A stretch of 64,000 nt of DNA from Vicinamibacterales bacterium (GCA_963662965.1 OY759970.1:3328524-3392523), one strand, 5' to 3'. Shown: positions 9,336 to 18,318, counted from the stretch's first letter. Numbers and translations are program-made. Notes: generated from the sequence alone by a model not told the origin.

Positions 9336-10453
9336 CACGCGGGTTCCGTCTGGTCGCCGGACGCATCGCCCTCGTTCGTCGGGGGCGGAGCCCCGTCGCT
9401 GAGCGCGGACCACATCGCTTCGCGTAGTGCCGACAATCCTTCTCCGCTCACCGCCGAGACGCCGTAGCAAGGGATGGCCAGGTCGTCGAGGTAGGCGCGG
9501 AGCTGCTCGAGCCGATCCGGGTCGTCGAGCGCGTCTATCTTGTTCGCCGCCACCAGTTGCGGTTTCCCAGACAGCTGCAGCGCGGCGTCGCCGTCCGTGG
9601 CCAGGTCGCCCTCGCCACCCTGAAACTTCGACAACTCGGCTTGAATCGTCTTGAAGTCCTCGACCGGATCGCGACCGGTGAGCGAGGAGATGTCGATGAG
9701 GTGAACGAGCACTTTGGTGCGCTCCAGGTGGCTCAGAAAGCGGTGGCCGAGTCCGTGGCCGGCGTGGGCTCCCTCGATCAGCCCAGGCACGTCCGCCAGC
9801 ACGAAGCTCCGTTCCTCGTCCATCCGGACGACGCCAAGCTGCGGCGTCAGAGTGGTGAACGGGTAGTCGGCGATCTTCGGACGCGCGGCCGACAGCCGCG
9901 CGATCAACGTCGACTTCCCGACATTCGGGTAGCCGACGAGACCGATGTCGGCGAGAAGCTTGAGCTGTAGACGCAGCGTGCACGTCTCACCGCGGTGACC
10001 CGGTTCGACCCGTCTCGGTGCACGATTCGTGGGCGTGGCGAATCGTTGGTTGCCCCGCCCACCGTGCCCGCCCGCCGCAGCCTGCCAGACTTGCCCCACC
10101 GTGGCGAGGTCGACCAGTCGAGTGGGCGCGTCTCTCGGTTCGGACGGGTCACTGTCGGGCTTCGCATACACGACGGTGCCGGCCGGGACGTCGAGATAGA
10201 GGTCGGGCCCCGCGCGCCCGGTTCGGTTGGAGCCCTCGCCGTGCGCGCCGCGCGGGGCGCGGTGGATCGGGTGGTACTTGAAGTTGACGAGGGTGTTCAA
10301 GTGGGCACTCGCCCTCAAGTAGACGGAGCCGCCGCGGCCACCATCGCCCCCGTCCGGTCCGCCGCGGGGTACGGATCTTTCTCGGCGAAAGCTGAGGCAG
10401 CCGTTTCCCCCATCGCCGGCCGCAACTTGGATGTCGACATCGTCGACGAACAT
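9335..10453 (-). CDS. obg: GTPase Obg/CgtA
   Basis: MFVDDVDIQVAAGDGGNGCLSFRRE Obg fold, then G1 GYPNVGKST and G3 DVPGLIEGA. Confidence 0.95.
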   Translation of the reverse strand: MFVDDVDIQVAAGDGGNGCLSFRRERSVPRGGPDGGDGGRGGSVYLRASAHLNTLVNFKYHPIHRAPRGAHGEGSNRTGRAGPDLYLDVPAGTVVYAKPDSDPSEPRDAPTRLVDLATVGQVWQAAAGGHGGRGNQRFATPTNRAPRRVEPGHRGETCTLRLQLKLLADIGLVGYPNVGKSTLIARLSAARPKIADYPFTTLTPQLGVVRMDEERSFVLADVPGLIEGAHAGHGLGHRFLSHLERTKVLVHLIDISSLTGRDPVEDFKTIQAELSKFQGGEGDLATDGDAALQLSGKPQLVAANKIDALDDPDRLEQLRAYLDDLAIPCYGVSAVSGEGLSALREAMWSALSDGAPPPTNEGDASGDQTEPA

Positions 10454-10485
10454 GCCGGATGAACGTGGCGGGTACGGAGCCTTCG

Positions 10486-10749
10486 TCAGTGGCCTTCGAC
10501 GGGCACGACGCTGATCACGCGGCCCCTCGAGCCATGGTCCTCAAAACGAACGCGACCGGGGGCCGTCGCAAACAGCGTGTCGTCCTTGCCCAACCCGACG
10601 TTCAGCCCCGGGCGAAAGCGGCGACCCCGCTGCCGCACGAGAATGGCCCCGCCCGGCACAACGTTGCCGTCGAACCGCTTCACGCCGAGCCGCTGGGCCT
10701 GAGAGTCGCGACCGTTGCGTGAACTGCCCTGACCCTTCTTATGCGCCAT
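10486..10749 (-). CDS. rpmA: 50S ribosomal protein L27
   Basis: [25 protein letters not shown]-terminus. Confidence 0.97.
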   Translation of the reverse strand: MAHKKGQGSSRNGRDSQAQRLGVKRFDGNVVPGGAILVRQRGRRFRPGLNVGLGKDDTLFATAPGRVRFEDHGSRGRVISVVPVEGH

Positions 10750-10794
10750 GATTGCCTCGTGAACGATGGGGGAGCCCTGCGGCCTGGGCCCGGC

Positions 10795-11109
10795 TCATCC
10801 GACGTGGACGCCGGTGATGCGGACCTTGGTCAGGGCGGTCCGATGACCGATGGTGCGGCGCCACGCCTTGCGTCGCTTCTTGCGAAAGACACGAATCTTT
10901 GTGCCTCGCCCTTGTTCGTCGACTACGCCCGTCACCGTCGCGCTCGCGATGAACGGGGTCCCGGCGACGGGCGTACCGTCATCATCGACGAACAACACGC
11001 GATCAAAGGTTACCTCGTCGCCGACAGGCTGGTCGATGTGATCGATGGTGACCACCGAGCCCTCTTCGACCCGCACTTGGCGGCCGCCGCTTTGAATGAT
11101 TGCGAACAC
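10795..11109 (-). CDS. rplU: 50S ribosomal protein L21
   Basis: (M)FAIIQSGGRQVRVEEG. I chose GTG 11109 rather than the longer ORF start at 11136. Confidence 0.92.
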   Translation of the reverse strand: MFAIIQSGGRQVRVEEGSVVTIDHIDQPVGDEVTFDRVLFVDDDGTPVAGTPFIASATVTGVVDEQGRGTKIRVFRKKRRKAWRRTIGHRTALTKVRITGVHVG

Positions 11110-11253
11110 GCCCGAACCTCTCCGAGAAAACGACACGACGACAAGACTTACGCTATCTCTAAGGTTTGAGTCCGAGGCTCGTCGCCCACGCCAACAGGAA
11201 AGTTTACCAGGTTGCTGCTCGGATGGACAGCCGGTAGAGACGCGTCTTAACGT

Positions 11254-12090
11254 CTATCTGAGCATGGTCCGCGTGCCCCGGATGCTCTGGTCGGCCAGCG
11301 CCCCGAGAAATGAAGGCAGCAGGCGGTCCATTAGCTCAAAATACGACGAGAGCGCCGGCGAGTTGTGGGAGACGTCGTACAGCACCTCTTCCCGGTGGCG
11401 TTCCGTGTGGAGCGTGACCCCGGTTCCGCCATCGATGAAGATGAACTTGGGGCTCAGCACGAATCCCTTCCGGTCGCGATAGGCCCGCATCGGTACCACC
11501 CGTCGCCGTCCGAAGTCATCGTAGATCTCGCGTTCACGCGCCACCATGCCGGAGCGCTGATGAGAAGTGAAGTAGACCGTGCCGGTGACGATCAGCGGAC
11601 TCTGATGTTCCTCGCCGAGCTGCCGCCAGTAGCTCACGTTGGCGAAGATCGACTCGTAGGCCTCGAGTTCTTCCTCACTGAGAGTCTCGTCCTCTTCCCC
11701 CTCGACATCGTCCTGGCCGTTGTCGTCCTGGGCGGAGAGCGGCGCGCCACTCGTCGTGCGGCCGAGCCCATCGCCGCTGGCCGCGTCTTGGTCGGCCAGC
11801 ACGTCGCCTTCCAGCTCGGCGATCGCCAGGAGATCGAGCACTTCGGCATCGATGACGTCGAGGCGTGATTCGTTGCGCAGCTGGCTGCGTAGCAGACGCG
11901 CCGTCTCGAGATTCGTGTCGACTTCGCTGGTCCCGCCGGCCAGAAAGCCGGCGACGAGTATGCGCTGGAATCGCGCGATCTCCAGCTTTGGCTGAAGTGG
12001 GGTCTCGATCGGCACTTCATAGGAGTTCGTGCATGCCGAGACGCCGAGAAGAAAGAGCGCGCTAACGGTCGTTTTCTGAAAGGCGGTCAT
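11254..12090 (-). CDS. hypothetical lipoprotein with an acidic central region
   Basis: MTAFQKTTVSALFLLGVSAC lipobox. The start lies inside the long ORF-track ORF and overlaps the 3' end of the TPR gene by 29 nt. Confidence 0.6.
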   Translation of the reverse strand: MTAFQKTTVSALFLLGVSACTNSYEVPIETPLQPKLEIARFQRILVAGFLAGGTSEVDTNLETARLLRSQLRNESRLDVIDAEVLDLLAIAELEGDVLADQDAASGDGLGRTTSGAPLSAQDDNGQDDVEGEEDETLSEEELEAYESIFANVSYWRQLGEEHQSPLIVTGTVYFTSHQRSGMVAREREIYDDFGRRRVVPMRAYRDRKGFVLSPKFIFIDGGTGVTLHTERHREEVLYDVSHNSPALSSYFELMDRLLPSFLGALADQSIRGTRTMLR

Positions 12091-12466
12091 AGATTTCCCT
12101 GAAGAGGTCGTAGTTCTGTTGAATATTAATGTCGTTCGGGGCGAGGTCGAGCGCCTCTTCGTAGGCCTCGAGCGCCTCGTCGAACATCCCCTTCTGCTCG
12201 TACGCGATGCCGAGGTTGTTCCAGGCCGCAGGATACGACGGATCGATTTCCGTGGCGCGCTTCCAGCGATAGGTCGCCTCATCCCAGAGCTCGCGCTGCG
12301 CCACTTTCATTCCGAATTCGACCTGCGCTCGCGCGTCGTCACGCACATCAGCCGAAAGGGTGGGCGCGGAAGCGCCAACGAGGGTGATGGCAAGAACAGT
12401 CAGAATGGTCGCAGCCCGTAGTGAAAGCCCCACTGCATTCGACCGGCGCTGCATTCCGTCTGCCAT
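12062..12466 (-). CDS. small secreted TPR-repeat protein
   Basis: Signal-peptide-like LRAATILTVLAITLVGASA, then TPR motifs (AWNNLGIAYEQKGMFDEALEAYEEAL). Candidate starts are 12466, 12454 and GTG 12433, all of them inside repeat A4. Confidence 0.65.
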   Translation of the reverse strand: MADGMQRRSNAVGLSLRAATILTVLAITLVGASAPTLSADVRDDARAQVEFGMKVAQRELWDEATYRWKRATEIDPSYPAAWNNLGIAYEQKGMFDEALEAYEEALDLAPNDINIQQNYDLFREIYDRLSENDR

Positions 12467-12583
12467 CGTTGCTCCTCGGTCAAATACTGCCGGTATTCTC
12501 CCTCGTCACGCCTCGTCCTGGCCGGCCGCTACCTTATTCAACTGGGGTCTCGATGCAACGCGGGGTTTCACCACGGGCTGCGA
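12409..12583 (-). repeat. family A element, copy A4
   Basis: Imperfect 34-nt arms homologous to those of A3. Core CGGTATTCTCCCTCGTCACGCC. Confidence 0.85.
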
Positions 12584-12852
12584 ACTCGTACGGGACGTAC
12601 CCCGAGTGAATCACGGTTGATCGAAATATAGCCAGGTCGTGCGGCTTGGGCAAGTGTCTGGGGAGAATCACTCCAACCTCAAACTAAGATAGCAAGAGGC
12701 GTGCCGTCGGTCCGGTGCCGACGGTGTATTTGCCGCGTCCTCGCGCCCGTCTCACATCGAGAAAAGTGCGTACTGACACACTCAGTGTGACGCTTGGGCG
12801 CGCGGTCCGGGTTCGCCGGCCGTGGTCCGCTTCTTGCGATAACCAGTCCGCC

Positions 12853-13989
12853 GTGGCGTGGCAGCAAGGTGTGGTCGAGGCGGTCGCGCTCTCCTTGGTT
12901 CTTGACCGATACCAGGCGCCGCCGCGCGCTGTTGGCGTCAGACGCCGGCGATGAAATCGATCAGCGACGGGAGGTCGATCTTGGTGCGTTGACCGCGCGA
13001 CTGGGCGACCTTCCGTCAACTCTGCGGCCGGAGGGCCGCGCCTGCCGGGCGGAGGCGTTGCAACTGCTCGCGGCGGCGACGGCGGCGGGCATGACCGCTC
13101 TCACCTGGCAGGACAGTCGCTATCCGCCGCGGCTGTCCGTCATCGACGACCCACCGGCGGTCATTTGGGTGCGCGGCCGGGTGGAAATGCTCAGTCGCCT
13201 GTTCGGTGGCGATTGTCGGATCGCGGGCTGCGTCCCACCACGCCCTGACGGCGGCAGGGCAGTTGGGATCCGATCTGGGCTGCCGTGGCGTCACTGTGGT
13301 CAGTGGCATGGCCCGCGGCGTCGACGCCGCCACGCACCGCGGCGCACTTACCGGCCCGGGCCCGACGGTGGCCGTGCTGGGCTCTGGAGTGGACGTCGTG
13401 TACCCTCGAGAGCACGGGGAGCTGATGAACGCCATCGCTCGGCGCGGGGGGTGATGAGCGAATGGGGCCCCGGCGTCCCCCCGCTGGCGTATCACTTCCC
13501 GCTCCGAAACCGGCTGATCAGCGGCCTGGCTGCTGCCGTCGTCGTCGTCGAGGCGACGGCACGCAGCGGGTCGTTGATCACGGCGCGCTATACCGCGGAT
13601 CAGGGACGCGAGGTGATGGCGGTGTCGGGGAACGTGTTGAGCGGCCGGAATCGGGGTGCCCACGCCTTGATCCGTGATGGGGCAAAGATCGTCGAGACTG
13701 CGGACGATATCCTAAAAGAAGAAATAGTCGAGTTGGACGAAAGAGTCGAGTTGGGGGAAAGGGTTGAGCCCGCAGAACCGGTCGAGCGGGCGCGGGGAGG
13801 CCGGAAAACGACCCGGTCCTACGGCACATGGATCCCGGGGAGGTCTACAATGTCGACACGATTTCCGAGCGGAGTGGGCTCGACAGCGGCGCGCTCTTGG
13901 CGAAGTTGACCGACCTGGAGTTCGATGGGCGAGTGCAGCGACTCGGCCCTGGACGATTCGTCCGGGGTTCCCGAGTGGTGGTAACGTAA
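12853..13989 (+). pseudogene. dprA: DNA processing protein DprA/Smf, broken by at least 3 (probably 4) frameshifts
   Basis: DprA motifs are split across frames. YPPRL..DPPAVIWVRG is in phase 2. VAIVGSRAAS...VVSGMARGVDAATHRGAL...VAVLGSGVDVVYP is in phase 0 (13200-13451). SEWGPGVPP..FPLRNRLISGL..VVVEA..SGSLITA is in phase 2. The C-terminal winged-helix part MDPGEVYNVDTISERSGLDSGALLAKLTDLEFDGRV is in phase 1 and ends at TAA 13987-13989. Confidence 0.8.
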
Positions 13990-14029
13990 AAAAGCGAGGC
14001 TTCCCCGTCGACGGCAAAGAAGAGAAGAA

Positions 14030-16441
14030 ATGGCGAAAACGCTGGTCATCGTGGAATCGCCGGCAAAGGCTAAGACGATCAACAAGTACCTGGGCCTGGA
14101 CTTCAAGGTCGTCGCGTCGATGGGCCACATCCGCGACCTCCCCAAGAGCAAGCTCGGGGTTGAGGTGGAAAACGGGTTCGCCCCGGTTTACGAATCGATC
14201 CCCGCCCGGAAGAAGGTCATCAAACAGCTAAAGGACGCCGCGAAGAGTGTGAGCCAGGTCTATGTCGCGACCGACCCCGACCGCGAAGGCGAGGCGATTG
14301 GCTGGCACCTGGCGCGTGAGCTCGGCACGAAGAAGCGCAAGGTCGGGCGCTTGATGTTCAACGAGATCACGAAGTCGGCCGTCTTGGCGGCGCTCGACAA
14401 GGTGGGTGAGATCGACCAGAAGATGGTCGACGCGCAGCAGGCCCGCCGCGTGCTCGACCGATTGGTCGGCTACAAGCTGAGCCCGCTCCTGTGGGACAAG
14501 GTGCGTCGCGGGCTGAGCGCCGGCCGTGTCCAATCGGTGGCGCTCAAGCTGGTGTGTGAGCGCGAGGCGGATATCGAGGCGTTCAAAGCGGAGGAATACT
14601 GGCACATCGTCGCCCGTCTGGCCGGCGGCTCTCCACCGGAGTTCGAGGCGAAGCTCGCCAAGAAGGGCACGAGCGCCATCAAGATCGGCAACGAGGCCGA
14701 AGCGAACGCAGCCCTCGCCGATCTCGACCAGGCCGCCTTCGTGGTCAAGTCGGTCGCCACCAAGGAGCGGAAGAAATCGGCCGCACCCCCGTTCATCACC
14801 AGCAAGCTACAGCAGGCGTCGCGGTTCCCGGTGAAGCGGACCATGATCGTCGCCCAGCAGCTGTACGAGGGGATCGAGCTTCCGGGCGAGGGGTCGGTCG
14901 GCCTGATCACCTACATGCGAACCGATTCGACCCGGGTCTCCGAACAGGCGATCGGCGACATGCGGGACTTCATCGGCGCGACGTATGGTCCTGACTTCGT
15001 ACCGACGAAGCCGAATCGCTACCGGGCTAAGAAGGGTGCGCAGGACGCGCACGAGGCGATCCGGCCGACGTCGACCGCCTACGATCCGGAGACGGTGCGG
15101 CCGCATCTGACGAAGGAGCAGTACTACCTCTACCGGCTGATCTGGAGCCGCTTCGTGGCCTCGCAGATGCCGCCCGCGACGTTCGACGACACCACCGTCG
15201 ATGTCGGCGCGGGAGACTACACGCTGCGGGCCAAGGGGTCGGTGCCGAAGTTCAGCGGCTGGATGAAAGTCTACGAGAAGGACACGGCCGAAGACGCGGC
15301 GAACACCGAGACCACGACCGATGCCGAGGCGGACCTGGACGCAGTCACCGGCCAGCTGCCGATGGTCGCGGAGGGCGACGCGCTCGCGCTCAAGAAGCTG
15401 ACGCCGGAGCAGAAGTTCACCCAGCCGCCGCCCCGGTTCAGCGAAGCGACGTTGGTCAAGGAGCTCGAAGAGAACGGGATCGGACGCCCGAGCACCTACG
15501 CGTCGATCATCGGGACGCTGCAGGCCCGCGAATACGTCGAGAAGCTCGAGGGGCGGTTCAAGCCGACCCGGCTGGGACGGCTCGTGACCGACCTCCTGGT
15601 CAAGAGCTTCGACGACATCATTCAGGTCGACTACACGCGTGAGATGGAGGACAACCTCGACAAAATCGAGGAGGGGGCCGCCGACTACGTCGGGACGCTG
15701 TCGAACTTCTACAAGAAGTTCAGCTCCGAGCTCGACAAGGCATCCAAGAAGATGCCGAACATCAAGGTGAACGGCCTGCCGAGCGACGAGACCTGCGACA
15801 AATGCGGGTCGAAGATGATCATCAAGGTCGGCAAGTTCGGGATGTTCCTCGCCTGCAGCGCATACCCGGACTGTCAGAACACCCGCGAGCTCGAGAAGAC
15901 CGAAGAGTCGGCCGACGAGCAGGAGGAGACCTGCGAGAACTGCGGAAAGCCGATGGTGGTCAAGCGTGGTCGATTCGGACAGTTCCTCGCCTGTACCGGG
16001 TACCCGGACTGCAAGACGACCCGCAAACTCATTTCGACGTCATCGGGCCTGGCCGCAGCGAAGCCAGACCAGCCGCTCGATGAGAAGTGTCCGAAGTGCG
16101 ACTCCCACTTGGTGATCAAACATGGACGTTTCGGGGAATTCACCGCGTGCAGCGACTACCCGAAGTGTCGGCATGTCAAGCTCAAGAGCATGGGCGTCGC
16201 GTGTCCGCGAGACGGCGGAGACATCGTGGAGCGCAAGTCGAGACGCGGTCGGGTGTTCTATGGCTGCAGCAACTATCCTGATTGCGATTTCACCGTCTGG
16301 AACAAGCCGCTCGATGAGGTGTGCCCGCAATGCAAGGCGCCGTTCCTCGTCGAGAAGGTGACCAAGCGCTGGGGCCGCCAGGTGTTGTGTCACAAGGACG
16401 ATTGCGACTACGCCCGCAACGAAGAGCTGGCGGCGGTCTAA
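14030..16441 (+). CDS. topA: DNA topoisomerase I
   Basis: 803 aa. TOPRIM N-terminus (LVIVESPAKAKTI), active-site region ITYMRTDS, and four C-terminal CxxC...CxxC zinc ribbons. Confidence 0.97.
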   Translation: MAKTLVIVESPAKAKTINKYLGLDFKVVASMGHIRDLPKSKLGVEVENGFAPVYESIPARKKVIKQLKDAAKSVSQVYVATDPDREGEAIGWHLARELGTKKRKVGRLMFNEITKSAVLAALDKVGEIDQKMVDAQQARRVLDRLVGYKLSPLLWDKVRRGLSAGRVQSVALKLVCEREADIEAFKAEEYWHIVARLAGGSPPEFEAKLAKKGTSAIKIGNEAEANAALADLDQAAFVVKSVATKERKKSAAPPFITSKLQQASRFPVKRTMIVAQQLYEGIELPGEGSVGLITYMRTDSTRVSEQAIGDMRDFIGATYGPDFVPTKPNRYRAKKGAQDAHEAIRPTSTAYDPETVRPHLTKEQYYLYRLIWSRFVASQMPPATFDDTTVDVGAGDYTLRAKGSVPKFSGWMKVYEKDTAEDAANTETTTDAEADLDAVTGQLPMVAEGDALALKKLTPEQKFTQPPPRFSEATLVKELEENGIGRPSTYASIIGTLQAREYVEKLEGRFKPTRLGRLVTDLLVKSFDDIIQVDYTREMEDNLDKIEEGAADYVGTLSNFYKKFSSELDKASKKMPNIKVNGLPSDETCDKCGSKMIIKVGKFGMFLACSAYPDCQNTRELEKTEESADEQEETCENCGKPMVVKRGRFGQFLACTGYPDCKTTRKLISTSSGLAAAKPDQPLDEKCPKCDSHLVIKHGRFGEFTACSDYPKCRHVKLKSMGVACPRDGGDIVERKSRRGRVFYGCSNYPDCDFTVWNKPLDEVCPQCKAPFLVEKVTKRWGRQVLCHKDDCDYARNEELAAV

Positions 16442-16444
16442 ACG

Positions 16445-16716
16445 TCAGACGGGGCGTGCGGCGACCAAGCTTAGACTGGGGGAATATCGCGCTCGGCCGA
16501 ACGGTCGAGCCTCGCGCGCTTTCCCCAGACCCCCTCGCTCGCTCACTCGTGGGGACCCCGAATGCCCCACTCCGTTCGCTAGCGTATGGTGTGGGACAGC
16601 CGAGTCATTCGAAGTACGATCAGGGCGCGCACGGCGCGCCCCCGCCGGCACGGAGTGGGGCGAAAGGGTCCCCGCGAGTGCTGGCCGGTGGGGTCGGGGC
16701 CGTAGGCCCCGTCTAG
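16445..16716 (+). repeat. family B element B1 (X hairpin + full Y module)
   Basis: X hairpin 16476-16528. Internal arms 16544-16575 / 16650-16680. GGGCGCGC-ACG-GCGCGCCC at 16623-16641. Terminal GGGGCC-GTA-GGCCCC at 16696-16710. Confidence 0.9.
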
Positions 16717-16719
16717 ATT

Positions 16720-18129
16720 ATGGTCACAATCATCGGCGGTGGATTGGCCGGCAGCGAGGCGGCATGGCAGGCCGCTTCGCGCGGCGTCCGGGTTTCCCTT
16801 CACGAAATGCGACCGGTGCGCATGACGGCGGTGCATCGTACCGACCGATTGGCGGAGCTCGTCTGTAGCAACTCGTTCCGCGGGGACAAGCTCGAGCATG
16901 CCGTGGGGCTTCTCAAAGAAGAGATGCGGCAGCTCGACTCCCTGGTCATGCGTGTGGCCGACGCGACCCGAGTGCCGGCGGGAGGGGCGTTGGCGGTCGA
17001 CCGCGATCGATTCGCCGAGGGGGTGAGCTCGGCACTCCACGCCGAGCAGCGGATCGAGATCCATCGGGAGGAGGTCGACCACCTTCCAGAGCCGGCTGGT
17101 ACGACCAAACCGGTCATCGTCGCCACCGGACCGCTGACGTCGCCGCGACTGTCGGCCGACGTCACCGCGCTCATCGGTCGTGAGCAGCTGTACTTCTTCG
17201 ACGCGATCAGTCCGATCGTGCACGCAGAGTCGATCGACCACGGGAGAGTGTTTCGGGCGTCGCGCGCCGGACGCGGGAAGCCTGTCGAGGACGCCGCGCC
17301 TGGACGCGCATGCGGGGACGACACAGGAGACGGTGATTACCTGAACTGTCCGATGACCGCCGACGAGTACGGTCGCTTCTATGACGCGCTGACCACGGCC
17401 GAGCTCGCCGAGGTGCACGATTTCGATCGAACGCCGTTCTTCGAGGGGTGTCTCCCGATCGAAGTGATGGCCCATCGTGGTGTCGACACGCTTCGGTTTG
17501 GACCGATGAAGCCGGTTGGCCTGGTCGATCCGAGCACCGGCCGGCGGCCGTACGCGGTGGTCCAGCTCCGCCAAGACAACCTGGCGGCCGATCATTTCAG
17601 CCTGGTCGGGTTTCAGACGCAGCTCAAGTGGCCAGAGCAACGGCGGGTGCTCCGTCTCATCCCGGGACTCGAGCACGCCGAGTTCGTACGACTCGGCATG
17701 ATTCACCGCAATACCTACATCAACGCGCCGACCGTACTCACACCGACGTGGCAAATGCGGAGCCGGCCAGACGTGTTCTTTGCCGGCCAGCTCTCCGGCG
17801 TCGAGGGATACGTCGAGTCTGCCGCGTCGGGTCTTGTCGCCGGCATCAATGCCGCCGCCCTCGCGCGCGGCGAGGTGAGCCGCGCGCTTCCCCGCACGAC
17901 AGCGATTGGCGCGCTGGGGTACTACGTGTCGCACGCGGCCGCCGAGAACTATCAGCCGACAAACATCGCGTACGGTCTGATCCCGTCGCTCGACAACCCG
18001 CCGCGCGGCCGTCAGGCGAGGCGCGGGGCGCTTGCGGCCCGCGCCCTGGCCGACCTGGCCGCGTGGCGGTCGCGCGGGTGGGGGGCGGACCATGATCAGA
18101 CCAGGGGAATATCACCCTCGGTCGCATGA
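16720..18129 (+). CDS. trmFO: methylenetetrahydrofolate-tRNA-(uracil54-C5)-methyltransferase
   Basis: VTIIGGGLAGSEAAWQ FAD motif and Gid/TrmFO-like length. The last 12 codons are encoded by repeat B2. Confidence 0.92.
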   Translation: MVTIIGGGLAGSEAAWQAASRGVRVSLHEMRPVRMTAVHRTDRLAELVCSNSFRGDKLEHAVGLLKEEMRQLDSLVMRVADATRVPAGGALAVDRDRFAEGVSSALHAEQRIEIHREEVDHLPEPAGTTKPVIVATGPLTSPRLSADVTALIGREQLYFFDAISPIVHAESIDHGRVFRASRAGRGKPVEDAAPGRACGDDTGDGDYLNCPMTADEYGRFYDALTTAELAEVHDFDRTPFFEGCLPIEVMAHRGVDTLRFGPMKPVGLVDPSTGRRPYAVVQLRQDNLAADHFSLVGFQTQLKWPEQRRVLRLIPGLEHAEFVRLGMIHRNTYINAPTVLTPTWQMRSRPDVFFAGQLSGVEGYVESAASGLVAGINAAALARGEVSRALPRTTAIGALGYYVSHAAAENYQPTNIAYGLIPSLDNPPRGRQARRGALAARALADLAAWRSRGWGADHDQTRGISPSVA

Positions 18130-18306
18130 CGGAGTCGCGGGCGCTTCCCCCGGACCCCCCTCGCTCGCTTGCGTATGTTGGGCGTAGCCGGCTTGTTCGA
18201 AGTACGAGCGGGGCGCGCAGGGCGCGCCCCAGCCGGCACGGAGTGGGGCAAATGGGGTCCCCACGAGTGCCGGCGGCGGGGTTCGGGGCCGCAGGCCCCG
18301 TCTAAG
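18094..18306 (+). repeat. family B element B2 (X + Y, with a 37-nt internal deletion relative to B1)
   Basis: Collinear with B1 except for loss of the left internal arm. The terminal hairpin is present. Confidence 0.9.
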
Positions 18307-18318
18307 TAAGACGGACTC

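Noticed and set aside
8637-9983. Long (448-aa) version of the nadD ORF, and long versions of the comF (to 8504), hslU (from 29702), Omp85 (from 42291) and rplU ORFs
   Set aside because: The N-terminal extensions overlap the upstream gene in another frame and read as low-complexity text. The internal starts give canonical N-termini.
16579-18093. 504-aa minus-strand ORF opposite trmFO
   Set aside because: It has no recognisable motifs and an Arg-rich composition, and it lies fully antisense to a well-supported gene and to repeat B1.
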